From Ginkgo biloba (taxonomy: Eukaryota > Plantae > Ginkgophyta), in contig JANKJI020000002.1 of assembly GCA_024626585.2 (NCBI GenBank), positions 266,371,069-266,401,802 of the forward strand: a stretch of 30,734 nucleotides of DNA. The letters are read 5' to 3'. Below, piece by piece: positions 8,995-20,301 of this stretch (position 1 is the first letter of the stretch; each line of letters starts with the position of its first letter). The position numbers were made by a program, and so were the translations under genes. The notes beneath the pieces are model-generated. The model made no database searches. It worked only from the letters and a program-made list of their open reading frames with translations, and had not been told where the DNA came from.

Positions 8995-11159
8995 GTGAGT
9001 TGCCTCAATGCCATGGATAGATACATAGAATATTCAGTTAATACAGTTATGTTGCACATGAAATAGTTATAGCTATTGTGATCACAATGTGCAATTGCTG
9101 ATTAACCCGATGTGCAGGTGAGGCTTAAGAATGTGACCCGCCTTTGCAACACAAAGCCATTGATAACAGTGAATGGCAAATCTCCAGGACCTACGCTGTT
9201 TGTCCATGAAGGAGACCGGGTCATTGTGAAAGTCACAAACCATGTCAAGGACAATGTCACTATTCACTGGTACGTTATCATTGATCACAGAGTTACATAT
9301 AATTTTATCATGCCTACCTACAAGTTTCGTTGGTTCTCATGCATATTTGTCTGTAGAATTGTGTAGATATAACAGTGATTAGCTGATATCTTCTTCTTTA
9401 TTATTGATACTGTTCAGGCATGGCGTCCGGCAGCTGAGATCAGGATGGGCAGATGGGCCTGCATATATCACCCAATGCCCAATCCAAACAGGAAAGAGTT
9501 ATGTCTACAACTTCACCATCACAGGGCAGAGGGGAACTCTTTGGTGGCATGCACATATTTCATGGATAAGGGCGAGTGTATATGGAGCCTTCATTATCTA
9601 TCCCAAGCCCCATGTTTCATACCCATTTCCGAAACCGCACAGAGAAGTCCCCATTCTCCTTGGTATTTGATTAAATATTTTCACATTGTATCCAGGTAGC
9701 TATCTTTGTTTGATGTCATTTTGTGTATGATCCATCATCATGATTTATTAATGCAGGAGAATGGTGGAATGCGAATACTGAGAATGTGATCAACCAGGCT
9801 CTTCAAACAGGAGGAGGTCCCAATGTTTCGGATGCCTACACTATAAATGGACATCCTGGACCTCTATACAATTGCTCTGCCAAAGGTATATTTATCCCGG
9901 CTATATCCCAGTAATTAGTATGTTGATGTTATAATAGGAATCTTGGACGTTGCATTGCAGATACATTCAGGCTCAAAGTTGTTGGTGGGAAAACATACCT
10001 CCTTCGAATAATCAACGCTGCTCTCAATGATGAACTCTTCTTCGCCATAGCAAATCACAGTCTGACAGTAGTGGAGGCGGATGCTGTGTATACCAAGCCA
10101 TTCAAAACGGATACCATTCTCATAACCCCAGGCCAGACAACCAACGTACTACTCACTGCTCATCATCATGCAGCAGCAAGGTTTTCCATAGCAGCTCGCC
10201 CATTTGTTACAGGCAACGGAACATTCGATAACTCAACAGTTGCGGGAGTTTTGGAGTACTACGTGAAGCATAATCATGGGCACAACAACAACATTTCGAT
10301 TAATAATTTGCAGCTGCCAAAACTTCCCGCATTGAACGACACATCCTTCGCTGCCAACTTCAGCCAGAAGATCAGAAGCTTGGCCAACGCACAATTTCCA
10401 GCGTTGGTTCCGCAGACAGTAGACAGGAAGTTCTTATTTACAGTGGGTCTGGGATTGAATCCTTGCCCCAAGGGCCAGAAATGCCAGGGGCTCAACGGAA
10501 CCAAATTCACTGCTTCCATCAACAACATTTCATTTGTTCTGCCCAGCACTGCCCTTCTCCAGTCGCACTATTCCGGGCAGATGAAGGGAATTTACAAGAC
10601 AAACTTTCCAGACAACCCTCCATTCCCATTCAACTACACTGGCAATCCCCCCAACAATACGGAGCCTATGAATGGAACCAGGGTTAAGGTTATTCCCTTC
10701 AACACAACCGTGCAGCTGGTGCTTCAAGACACCAGCATTGTTGGCACTGAGAGCCATCCTCTGCATTTGCATGGCTTCAACTTCTTCGTGGTTGGGCAAG
10801 GAGTGGGAAACTACAATGCCACCTTGGATGCTCCCAACTTCAACCTCTTCGATCCTCCCGAACGCAACACTGTTGGTGTCCCCAAAGGCGGTTGGGTGGC
10901 TCTCAGATTCAGAGCTGACAATCCCGGTAAATTATTGCATATGCATATTATACTCCTCCTCCTCATTCTGATAATCATATCATCGTGTGGGTAAATTAAT
11001 TAATTCAGTACTGATGTTCATATTGCAGGTGTGTGGTTCATGCACTGCCATTTGGAGGTTCACACCAGCTGGGGACTGAAGATGGCGTGGGTGGTGAAGG
11101 ACGGCGATGGACCTCGCCAATCTCTTCCTCCTCCCCCACCCGACCTTCCACCCTGCTAG
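8875..11159 (+). CDS. LAC: Laccase (secreted multicopper oxidase), LAC17/LAC2-like, 6 exons, 580 aa, intact
   Basis: join(8875..8994,9118..9269,9418..9662,9757..9885,9961..10926,11029..11159) = 1743 nt; all introns GT-AG (123, 148, 94, 75, 102 bp). Signal peptide present. Cu motifs HWHG...[26 protein letters not shown] and [12 protein letters not shown] (axial Leu); C-terminus [19 protein letters not shown] and [10 protein letters not shown] are characteristic of the LAC2/LAC17 group; exact orthology is not established. Confidence 0.97.
9118..9269 (+). CDS. LAC: Laccase exon 2 (152 nt)
   Basis: TGCAG|GTG...CACTG|GTACGT; [10 protein letters not shown]...TIHW. Confidence 0.96.
9418..9662 (+). 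CDS. LAC: Laccase exon 3 (245 nt)
   Basis: TTCAG|GCAT...CTTG|GTATT; [13 protein letters not shown]...WWHAH. Confidence 0.96.
9757..9885 (+). CDS. LAC: Laccase exon 4 (129 nt)
   Basis: TGCAG|GAGAA...AAAG|GTATA; EWWNANTE...[22 protein letters not shown]. Confidence 0.96.
9961..10926 (+). CDS. LAC: Laccase exon 5 (966 nt)
   Basis: TGCAG|ATACA...CCCG|GTAAA; [17 protein letters not shown]...HPLHLHG...RFRADNP. Confidence 0.96.
10010..10030 (+). promoter_or_regulatory. miR397 target site
   Basis: AATCAACGCTGCTCTCAATGA pairs 19/21 with UCAUUGAGUGCAGCGUUGAUG; mismatches fall opposite miRNA positions 9 and 21. Confidence 0.85.
11029..11159 (+). CDS. LAC: Laccase exon 6 (131 nt)
   Basis: TGCAG|GTGTG; [20 protein letters not shown]...PPC*, with TAG at 11157-11159. 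Confidence 0.96.
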
Positions 11160-11814
11160 ATCCTCTTTTTCTCCTCCTACTCATATTCTTCTTCAATATA
11201 TCTCATAATTGCATTGCATTTTTTACCAATAATCGCTCCATATTGGTAGGATCTCGCCATCCAGGCCACTTTTAACCGTATTTTTTTGGGATTTTATAAT
11301 CCGCGTTGACAAAGCTACCCTCGTTATATAGCACTACAGGGTGTTTCATCATCTGCTGGGTTGCCTTGTGTATGAAAGTAGCCACCGGGCTCATATGCAA
11401 AATCAGGGACGTGGGATTTCATAGCCCAGATTGACCGCCACAAAAAAGTAGCCGTAGCTCCTTCTATGGTTATTTTAGAACAGATGCTCATGATATAGTT
11501 TATATTGTGGTATTTGTGCCAGTTTTGAAATAAATGGACGACACGCAGATATGTCTCCCCGTGTCGTTTGGTTTATTGATAGTCGGACAGTTAGTGATTC
11601 TTTTGTAAGTGACTTACTCAAAGCGGCGCCAACACATTGTAATTTTGGAAGGCATCTATGTTTGTTTCTTTGAATGTATTTTCAATTTATGATAGAATGG
11701 CTTGAGAAAAGCTTGATTTAAAAGCAAAAAATAATAATTTAAAAGAAAAAAATTATAAATCAAAAGATGCATAAAAATAAGATGACCTAATAAATATTAG
11801 TAATTCCAATATCA

Positions 11815-11912
11815 TATCAACCATAGGATCTAGTAATACAACCGCATAGTTGAGAAATCCAAGATGTGACTACAATGATTATAGAAGCCACATCAATTAA
11901 ATAAAGTTGTAA
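11815..11912 (+). repeat. Short dispersed repeat, copy 1 (cut by gap)
   Basis: Ungapped match to 30515-30612 with about 8 differences in 98 bp. Confidence 0.9.
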
Positions 11913-12012
11913 NNNNNNNNNNNNNNNNNNNNNNNNNNNNNNNNNNNNNNNNNNNNNNNNNNNNNNNNNNNNNNNNNNNNNNNNNNNNNNNNNNNNNNNN
12001 NNNNNNNNNNNN
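11913..12012. other. Assembly gap (100 N)
   Basis: Run of 100 N. Confidence 0.99.
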
Positions 12013-12779
12013 ATACCACCTGTAGATCTGAATTCATAATTTTATTCTATTAAAGGTAGTTTTAGATTCACATTAATATATCAAAGTTTGGGTGTTCAAG
12101 GACTTCCAAGTTTAAAGTCACCAAGTACTACCAAGCTTGTGGACCTAAGTAGGTTTTATAGCTTCATTAATAAGTGACATGGTTCTTCTTTACTAAATAA
12201 ATCAAGAATTAGAGTTTGGGTAATAAGCCCATCATGTTGCAAAGAATATCTTATTTTCTTGATTCCTACAGACTTGATGAGATATAAATTGGAGTTGATC
12301 AAGGATCATATTTTTGAACCATGCAAAAGTATGTTCCTTATAATCAATGGAGATTTTCCCTAAATATTCAATTTGGCAGAGACACGTGTTGATGGGAGGT
12401 TGGTATTCATGTTATCCAATCACTTATTTACACTCCCTCATATATCCATAGAGGAGATCTCCTCACTAAAAATACTCACCACTAAGCATAGTTAATGATC
12501 AAAGTGACATAATGGACATGGTTTGATTAATAAGGAAATGGCCTATTAATGGGCCAATTTTAAATCTTTTTTAAGAAAATAATTAGTTCTTGCAAAGTAA
12601 TCCAAAGAATTTAAGATGCAAAGAGAAGTTGAATTTGAGGTGGATTTTATAAAATAAACTTAGTGGAAAGTTAGAGATCAAGCATCCTTTGATCTTAGAG
12701 CACCAATTATAGACTAAATAAATGTGGGAGGATCAAGAGGCAGCACATCTAAAATAAGTCCAATGGTGGAGGTTTGGGA

Positions 12780-15300
12780 TACCATAGATACCTATCGAGC
12801 TGAGTTTAGGCTCATGTATGAAAAATTATGTAAGATGATGAGAGAAGAAAGAGAGATATATTTTCTATGGAGGTTTGGCTTGGTATAAGTAATAACCATC
12901 CCTGAGGTGATTCCTTGTTGATAAATGGTAGAATGGATGTCTAAAATATTTGATCTAGATAGAAGAACGATGTTCATAGTTGATGGCTAGGTATTATATC
13001 CTTTAGCTCCTAAAGTTTTCCATAGAATATTAGAACTACCCATGCATGAAGAGAAGTTCTCATTTGAAAAGGCAAGAAAGTTTTATCAAGGTTATCCTCG
13101 AGTCACATAATTAATTAATTCTTGGCAAAATGGTCTAGTATTGAACCCTATTGATAGATCCTACTATAAGACAAGAAAATTAGAAGAGGAATATAAGAAC
13201 CTAGTAGACCTACTATGTAAATTATTTGGAGAAAAGGATATGGCAAAATGGTATCATTGCATGATATATCCAAGTTATTAGGTTAATGACAAAGCGAGAA
13301 AATTTGATTGGGAAAATATCATTAGTGGCACGATAACACACCAATTAACCAAACTGTATATGTCATGCTACTTTTCCATGATGTCATATACCATCTATGG
13401 TGTGTTCTTTTCCAAAAAAAAATTGTGTTCCCCATTTCATCGGGTAAATAAAGAAGAGAAGGGATTACCTTTTCATTTCTAGTATCCCAAAGTTTGGAAG
13501 GACAAGTATAAGTCTTATTTTTTCTTGGTGAATGATACATTTATATACCATATTTTCACCTTGACCTATAATATAAAACCTCCCAAAGTGAGTGAATTTA
13601 TTAAAGAAACCTTAAGAGGTATCAAATATTGGTACTTGGAGAAAGAATATTCATATATTAGATTATATAGTTTTAATGCTACCCGACATCGTCTACCAAA
13701 ATATGTAGATGAACAAATTGTATTGTATAAGGTATGTTGGAAAATTCAATCCATCTATGCCAAGGTATCCCAAAGGTGAAATAAGTATGTATTTCAATAT
13801 TTCCCATTCAATATGGGTGATTTTAGAGTTTCCAACATTCAGTAAGCTAGGGATCACACCAAGGAAGTTCCAAAGTTTAGGTTCAAGGAGATGGGCCCCT
13901 GAGCATATGATCTTGAAGGCATGTTTGCACAACATTGCTAAATTAATTCCTATCATGTTGCATGCTTGGAGGATAAATTTTGAAATATGATTGACTATGA
14001 TTAGGTAGAACATAAATGAAGGGGTAGCATAAATCCTCAAACAATTCTCGATGATTCAATGGTATTAGAGGATAGTGATCTTATTAAAGGTTAATCCATT
14101 AACCTACAAATCTTGAAGAATAAGGGTCATACTTCACATGATGATGATAGGAAGGAAAATACTTCTTCTCCTAAAAAGACTAAGAATGAAAAAGGAGGTG
14201 AGCTAGGAACCAATGGTAAGGAAAGAACTAAAATGGGAAGTTTTACTCCCAATCAAGATGATATGATGGGAGTGGGAGGTGATAATAATATAAATAATCC
14301 CAATAATAACTAGAAGATAAAGAAATATCATGAAGAAGATGTGCCTCCTATTAAAAATAAAATAAATCCCAAGAGTCACAGTTTGGGAGATTCATTAACC
14401 ATGAGTAAGCATACTACTAACCCTTCTAACCCAATCATGTCACCAAGTCAAGCCGAGAAAATTCTTATCATCGAGTCCTATAACATAGAGTTGATAGTGG
14501 AGGGTACCCATCAGGAAGAACATGCTTTAAACCCCTGGTTGGTGGAATTAATGAACCAACGAGGGTTCAATAAAATATTTATGGCTATTAGACTTGATTT
14601 CAGTAAGAAACATGCTTCATTTAGTTTTAATTCCAATAAGAAGATCATCTGAGTAAGACCTACTAGACCAAAGTCTTCTACAGATAAAGTGGAGGTCACC
14701 CCATCAGACATCATTGTATAGGATACTAAGTTCGATATTAACGAATTGACAACTTAACAAATTATAAACTTTCACAAAGTCTCATTTGAGGATTTACAGT
14801 CAAATATTGAAGGATTATTATAGGAGAATGCTCGATTCAAAGGGAAGAATTCAGTACTCAAATAAAGAATAAAAGAGTACAAGTTATCTTTTACTTCTCT
14901 AATAATGGTGTAGTCCATTTATGTTATTAGGCCTTTAATTAATATGGAGTTATAGAAAAAGATCCATAGTGTCAATACATGTAAAATACTTTCTTATAAT
15001 ACACACAAGGAGTGGTTGAAGATATGGTGCAATGGGGGTCACAGCTATAGGAGTTAGCTAATAGAGTTAAGGTTTAATCAAGAGAACCTGTTTATGTCTT
15101 GAAATATAGTCTAAATCCCTAAATGAATTAGATGAATTTATGAAAGGTGATTTTTTTTAGATGAAATTATTTTTAGTATAAAGAAGGAACATATGTATCT
15201 GGTCAAAAGGAATTTTAGAAATATTTGTTTGAGGAATAAATATTTCACCACCATCAGAAGAAAGGACATCTAGGATAGGGTGTAGTAATTAAAAGTACTA
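12780..15300 (+). mobile_element. Heavily decayed long ORF, probably a retrotransposon accessory ORF
   Basis: Protein-like fragments broken by stops and frameshifts (PEVIPC..MVEW; WYLEKEYSYIRLYSF...LPKYVDEQIVL), then low-complexity and coiled-coil-like stretches. No introns seen. A purine tract AGGAAGGGGAGG follows at ~15397. The family cannot be identified by eye. Confidence 0.45.
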
Positions 15301-16224
15301 GCCATAGAGAATGCAAAAGAAATTTTTATAGAAACCCAAGGTAGTTGATCACCTGACTCTATATGATGTCCTGAAATATTTTCAACCATTGTAATAGGAA
15401 GGGGAGGTCATTATCCTAGAATAAAAGGAAAAAGAACAAAGAAAAGAGGGTTCCACTTTTAACACCCAATGAGGAAATTCCCATGTTTCTAAGTTTTTTC
15501 TTTATTGTGTGATCCTTTCTTCTTCCCCATTTTATTATGTGGATACTATCACCTTGCATATTACTAAGTCAAAGAGTTGTATAAAAAGCCTATGTACATC
15601 CTCATGGTCAATTTTGACTTCTTGTATTGAGTACTTGAGGATTTCTATAATCAAATAATTTAAATCATCCTTTGTAATTGTTAAAGTTTCATATCTATAA
15701 TCTAGACTTATTTTATCAATAAATACTAAATGATTTCATCTTGAATTCACTACTAGTTAAATCAAGTGTCATTGTTTTATGTTAATTTTCCAGATTTGAT
15801 GAAATAAATTATACTTTAATCATGACGTCTTGTTGGTGGTTAATGGTGAATAATTTTTATGTATTATCACTTAAGTTAAATATCACTTTATGTGTCAAGA
15901 ATTGTTGGCATACTCTTGAGAGTGACTTTATATTCTTAATTTTGAAGTGTATTCACATGTTTTCTTTATTTTTCTTGCTACTTTTTGGAGGAGTTGACCA
16001 AAAGGCCTTATACATTATATGTCATATTAGAATATTTCTTGAGAAAATTACTTTGATCATCGCTAGAGTATAACTTATCTAATCACCTTATCCTTTATGA
16101 AAATATTCATCTCTATATTTTTTGGGTGTTGCTAGATGATGGTGGAGATAAGAAGTTTGGAGAGCTTGTTGATAGAAGGCATCAAGTGTTGCCAACTCTT
16201 GATTGTCCAAGCTAGTTTGTCCCA

Positions 16225-17180
16225 TTCTTAAATACCTGAAGGACCTCCTTTACATTATTGAGAGTTATCCTTAAGAGGGTGTTCATAAATTGGTTGATTT
16301 TAATGTCTTATATTAACCTTTCTTTCCTCATTAATTTTTTATCTTTCTCCATTATCCAAATATGGTAACAAATTTGTTATTTTCCTTCTTTATTCCTTCT
16401 TGTTTCTAGATGTTTGTGCTTCTTCTAATTAATGCCAATTACAAAATATAATGTAAATATTTTTGTGAATGATTTTCATTTATTTTTCTCTTTTGTTATT
16501 TTATAAATATTTGAGATAGCCACCCCTTATAATAATAGAGGGATCTTAACTCTGGTATTTATCCCAATTTTTGTATGAACCTTACCTTGGGAATTCTGGT
16601 ATAATCTTTGGTTTTCCTTAGGTACATAAAATTCTTTCAACAATCCTTGGCCATTATAGCCCATATTCTTTAACAACTTAGTGTTGAATCCTTTGGTATA
16701 TATTTTAAAATTACCAAAGGTCTCATCTAAATAAAGGGGAACTAATGAGGTTCTTACCATGCTTACCTCCATCATGGTTTGGGCATCTTATGCAAAGGTG
16801 GAATTATTTGAAATAGAAAGTTCCTCCTGCTTCTTGACCCCTTCCCACTCTTGTTGAAATATCTCAATAGATTAAGAATTATTGTCCTCCACATATTTTA
16901 ACTAGTGAAGGATGAATGCTCCAACTTGTGAGAAATGATATTTACATTTCTATAGATCTTCCATAACACCAATGAGAAAATTTGTATGGCTGGCCAACTT
17001 GGTTTGCATCTCATCATTCTTTAATTCCAATTGTTATAATTTCTTCTTCAACTCTTAGTTCTCTTCATGGTACTATTGGTTGAATATTAAAGCCCTTGGA
17101 GCTTCCCCAACTTTGAATCTATTCGCATATTTAATATGTTATAGCCCACAAGATCTAAAAAAAATATCTAATACCAAATT
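16225..17180 (-). mobile_element. Decayed LTR-retroelement fragment with PBS-like site, coiled-coil and G-patch relic
   Basis: The minus strand reads ...TCA ATT TGGTATTAGA (17167-17182), then ELKKKL*QLELKNDEMQTKL, then FGNFKIYTKGFNTKLLKNMGYNGQGL (16641-16718), which matches the G-patch pattern. Confidence 0.55.
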
Positions 17181-17349
17181 GATCAATATCTTAGTGGATA
17201 CCAAACTTATCTTATATTCTTTTTGCTTGAACAAAGGTTCCATCTTCCTTCTCTGAAAAATGGTAGAGTTCTTTCCTCTTGAAACTCTTCTCCTCCCTTT
17301 GGTTTTTCTTTCTTTCTTCCTCTAATTCTTATTTTTTGGGTGTTTCTTT

Positions 17350-17650
17350 CCTCCTCCTTGATTGAGTGGATCTATGTCCTCTTAGTTTGAGTGGATTTAT
17401 CCTCCTCTCTAAATCAGTGGATATGTCCTCCTCTTTGAATGGGTGGCCCTATCGTCCTCCTTACTTGAGTGGCTCTATGTCCTCCTCTTCGTTTGAACAG
17501 AATTGTTTGCCTCTCTGAATGAGTGTCTTTGTACTCCTCTTAGAATGGGTGGATCTATCCTTATCCTTACTTTAGTGGCTCTATGTCCTCCTCTTGGTTT
17601 GAGTGGCACTATCCTCCTCTCTAAATAGGTGGATTTTCTCCCTCTTCTTC
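17350..17650. repeat. Minisatellite, ~26-bp monomers (CCTCCTC...GAGTGG..TAT) with a 106-bp higher-order period
   Basis: GTTTGA at 17385/17491/17597; GAATGGGTGG at 17437/17543; TTACTT at 17461/17567; CCTCCTCTCTAAAT at 17401/17613. Confidence 0.88.
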
Positions 17651-18874
17651 TATTTTCTTTAGGATGACTATTCTCTTTCGGCTGCCTTCTCCCTCCTTGC
17701 CTTTTTCTTGGATTTCCTCCCTTTAAAATTATTTTCAATTTCTTAACTATCCAATTGTTCAGTTACCCTCAAACATTTTGAAGCACATTGAACCATTTTT
17801 GCAATGGACAAAATTTTTTGCACTTTCCTTTATTTTAAGTGTTTGGGAACTGAAAAATACCAAAACTCATTTGTAATACTTTTAAGATCCATTGGTTTTA
17901 GAAAATTTAAAAATGTGTTGTGCAATGCACTTTATCAAACTCAGATTCCCAAAGTGCCAGAAGCTCGATAATCCAAAAAAGAAAAAATTTGACAAGTCAA
18001 AAAATTAAGAGTGTTGAATGAAGTGGTAACTTTTAAATTTTAACCACGATTTTAAATTTTAACTATCATCAATAACTTGAATTTTCAAACTTTAAAAGTT
18101 AAGGAATTACCCCCTTGCAAGATGATTTCTGTAGGTTTGAGAAGAATCTAACATCATGTTTAGAAGTTGTATCCAAAATATTTTTTGATTATATGAAAAA
18201 TAATGATTTTCAATCATTTTTCAATAGTTATAAATCTTTTCATAACTTTTGATCCACAACTTTATTTCATGTCCTCTTGGGCTCATTTTAAATATTATTG
18301 GAAAGGATACAACTTTCCCCTTATGGACCTTTGTTGAATTCTTCTTATATTTTTTAAAATATTAACCTCAAGTTGGTTTTTATTAAAAATAGCAGAAATA
18401 GGGTCTTGGATTCGAATTGAATAAAATATTTTAAACCACAATTGTTCTTTTTGTGATCTTATTTTTTCTTTAAAGATATTAGAAAGTTATAGCACTCTTT
18501 CCTTGAGGACCTTCATCTCAAAGATGATAATATTTCTCCAAATTTTGAGTGCATGTTGGGACTTTATTAAAAATTGACAAAATATTATTTTTTTGGGATC
18601 CAAAAATGGATAAAAAATGATATATAAAAATGTAAGTGGATAATGTAATGTTATATCAGAATGGAAAATGTCATAATGATATGTGAAAATGAGTATAAAA
18701 TATAGCGAATAGTAGAATGATGTTAATCACAAGTTGATGATGAATAATAAATCACTTGAAACTATACTAGCATATGAATGCATCATGATCATTTGGACAT
18801 GGAATCAGATGATAGGAATCATGGAATGACTATCTAGATATTAATAAATGACTTCTTGGTTGCCAAAATGTAAG

Positions 18875-19324
18875 ACTCATTGTTGACAATAATTTATATA
18901 TTGATGATGGGAATGAGTATGACCGTATGTATGAGGGAAATGTTACTATAAAGATGGAAACATAGGGGAAGATAAACTTCCTCCATTATTCTAAGGGATG
19001 ACTTCATAATTACAAACATATCAAAATATGTAAAATATGGATGGTATTTTCAATGGGTATTGATAAAGGATTGATATTTATTTTGATTTTATTCTGGTGA
19101 AAGAGAGTCAATATAACAAGACAAAAAGGGGAATGGTGAGTGAAAAAATCTATTACCAATGCCTCTAGATGAAATGCCAAATTTTTAGACACTAACAATA
19201 GAGCAGGGTGTAATAGTAGAGGGAATAAAATGATAAAAGAAATGACTATAATTTTTTAAACTTAGAACACCCTCTTAAGGATTCTCTTAGAGGCATAAAG
19301 GAGGTCCTTTGTATACTTAAAAAT
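18875..19324 (+). repeat. ~450-bp direct repeat, copy 1 (retroelement-derived)
   Basis: Aligns along its length with 19848-20301, roughly 85-90% identical by eye. Confidence 0.92.
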
Positions 19325-19747
19325 GAATTATTTTACTAAAGAATCTAGGTGCAGTGTAAAATCCTATTGGATGTGCAATGTGAATGTTTAAGCATTAACT
19401 CCTTCTTTCAATTTCCTTTCCAAAGAAGTAGATGCAAAATATACTCAGAATTAGAGATCCCAAAAGTGGAATCTCCTTAAGGACTCTCGGAAGGCCTTAA
19501 AGATCCTTCGAGAGATGTGAAAACCTTTGGGGAGTCACAAAGACACCCCAAGGTTGTGGAAAAGGACCAAGAAGGACTGAATTCTCAGTAGAGAATTCAG
19601 GTAAGGCCAAACGGCCTGAACGTGTGTGTGTGGATAGGTAAACTCTTTAACTTTTCAATGGTGAAATAAAGATGCATAAGTGATGAAATATGTAAAATGA
19701 CCCCCCTCCACAATAGGCAATCACATAAACATACAAGAAGGATCTTT

Positions 19748-19847
19748 NNNNNNNNNNNNNNNNNNNNNNNNNNNNNNNNNNNNNNNNNNNNNNNNNNNNN
19801 NNNNNNNNNNNNNNNNNNNNNNNNNNNNNNNNNNNNNNNNNNNNNNN
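19748..19847. other. Assembly gap (100 N)
   Basis: Run of 100 N. Confidence 0.99.
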
Positions 19848-20301
19848 ACTCATTGTTGACGAGAATTTATATATCAATGATGGGAATGAGTATGACCGTA
19901 TGTTTGAGGGAAATGGTACTATCAAAATGGAAACAAAGTGGAAGATAAAATTCCTCCATTATTCTAAGGGATGGATCCCTAATTATAAACATATCAAAAT
20001 ACATAAAATAGGGATGGAATTTGCAATGGGTACTCATATAGGCTTGATATTTATTTTTATTTTATTTTGGTGAAAGAGAGTGAATATAACAAGACAAAAA
20101 GGGGAATGAAAAGGATTAAAAAAATCTATTATCAATGGCTTTAGATGAAGTGCCAAATTTTTAGAGACTAAGAACAGAGCAGGGTGTAATAGTAGAGGGA
20201 AAAAAAATGATAAAAGAAATGGCTAGAATTTTTTTAACATAGAACAACCTCTTAAGGATTCTCTTAGTGGCATAAAGGAGGTCCTTCATATACTTAAAAA
20301 T
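19848..20301 (+). repeat. ~450-bp direct repeat, copy 2
   Basis: Matches 18875-19324 and starts at the gap edge. Confidence 0.92.

Noticed and set aside
10274-11275. Alternative-frame and antisense ORFs over laccase exons 5-6
   Set aside because: Shadow ORFs of a GC-richer coding region.
14052-14071. TGGTATTAGAG PBS-like motif
   Set aside because: It lies inside the decayed ORF with no identifiable LTR or gag; likely chance.
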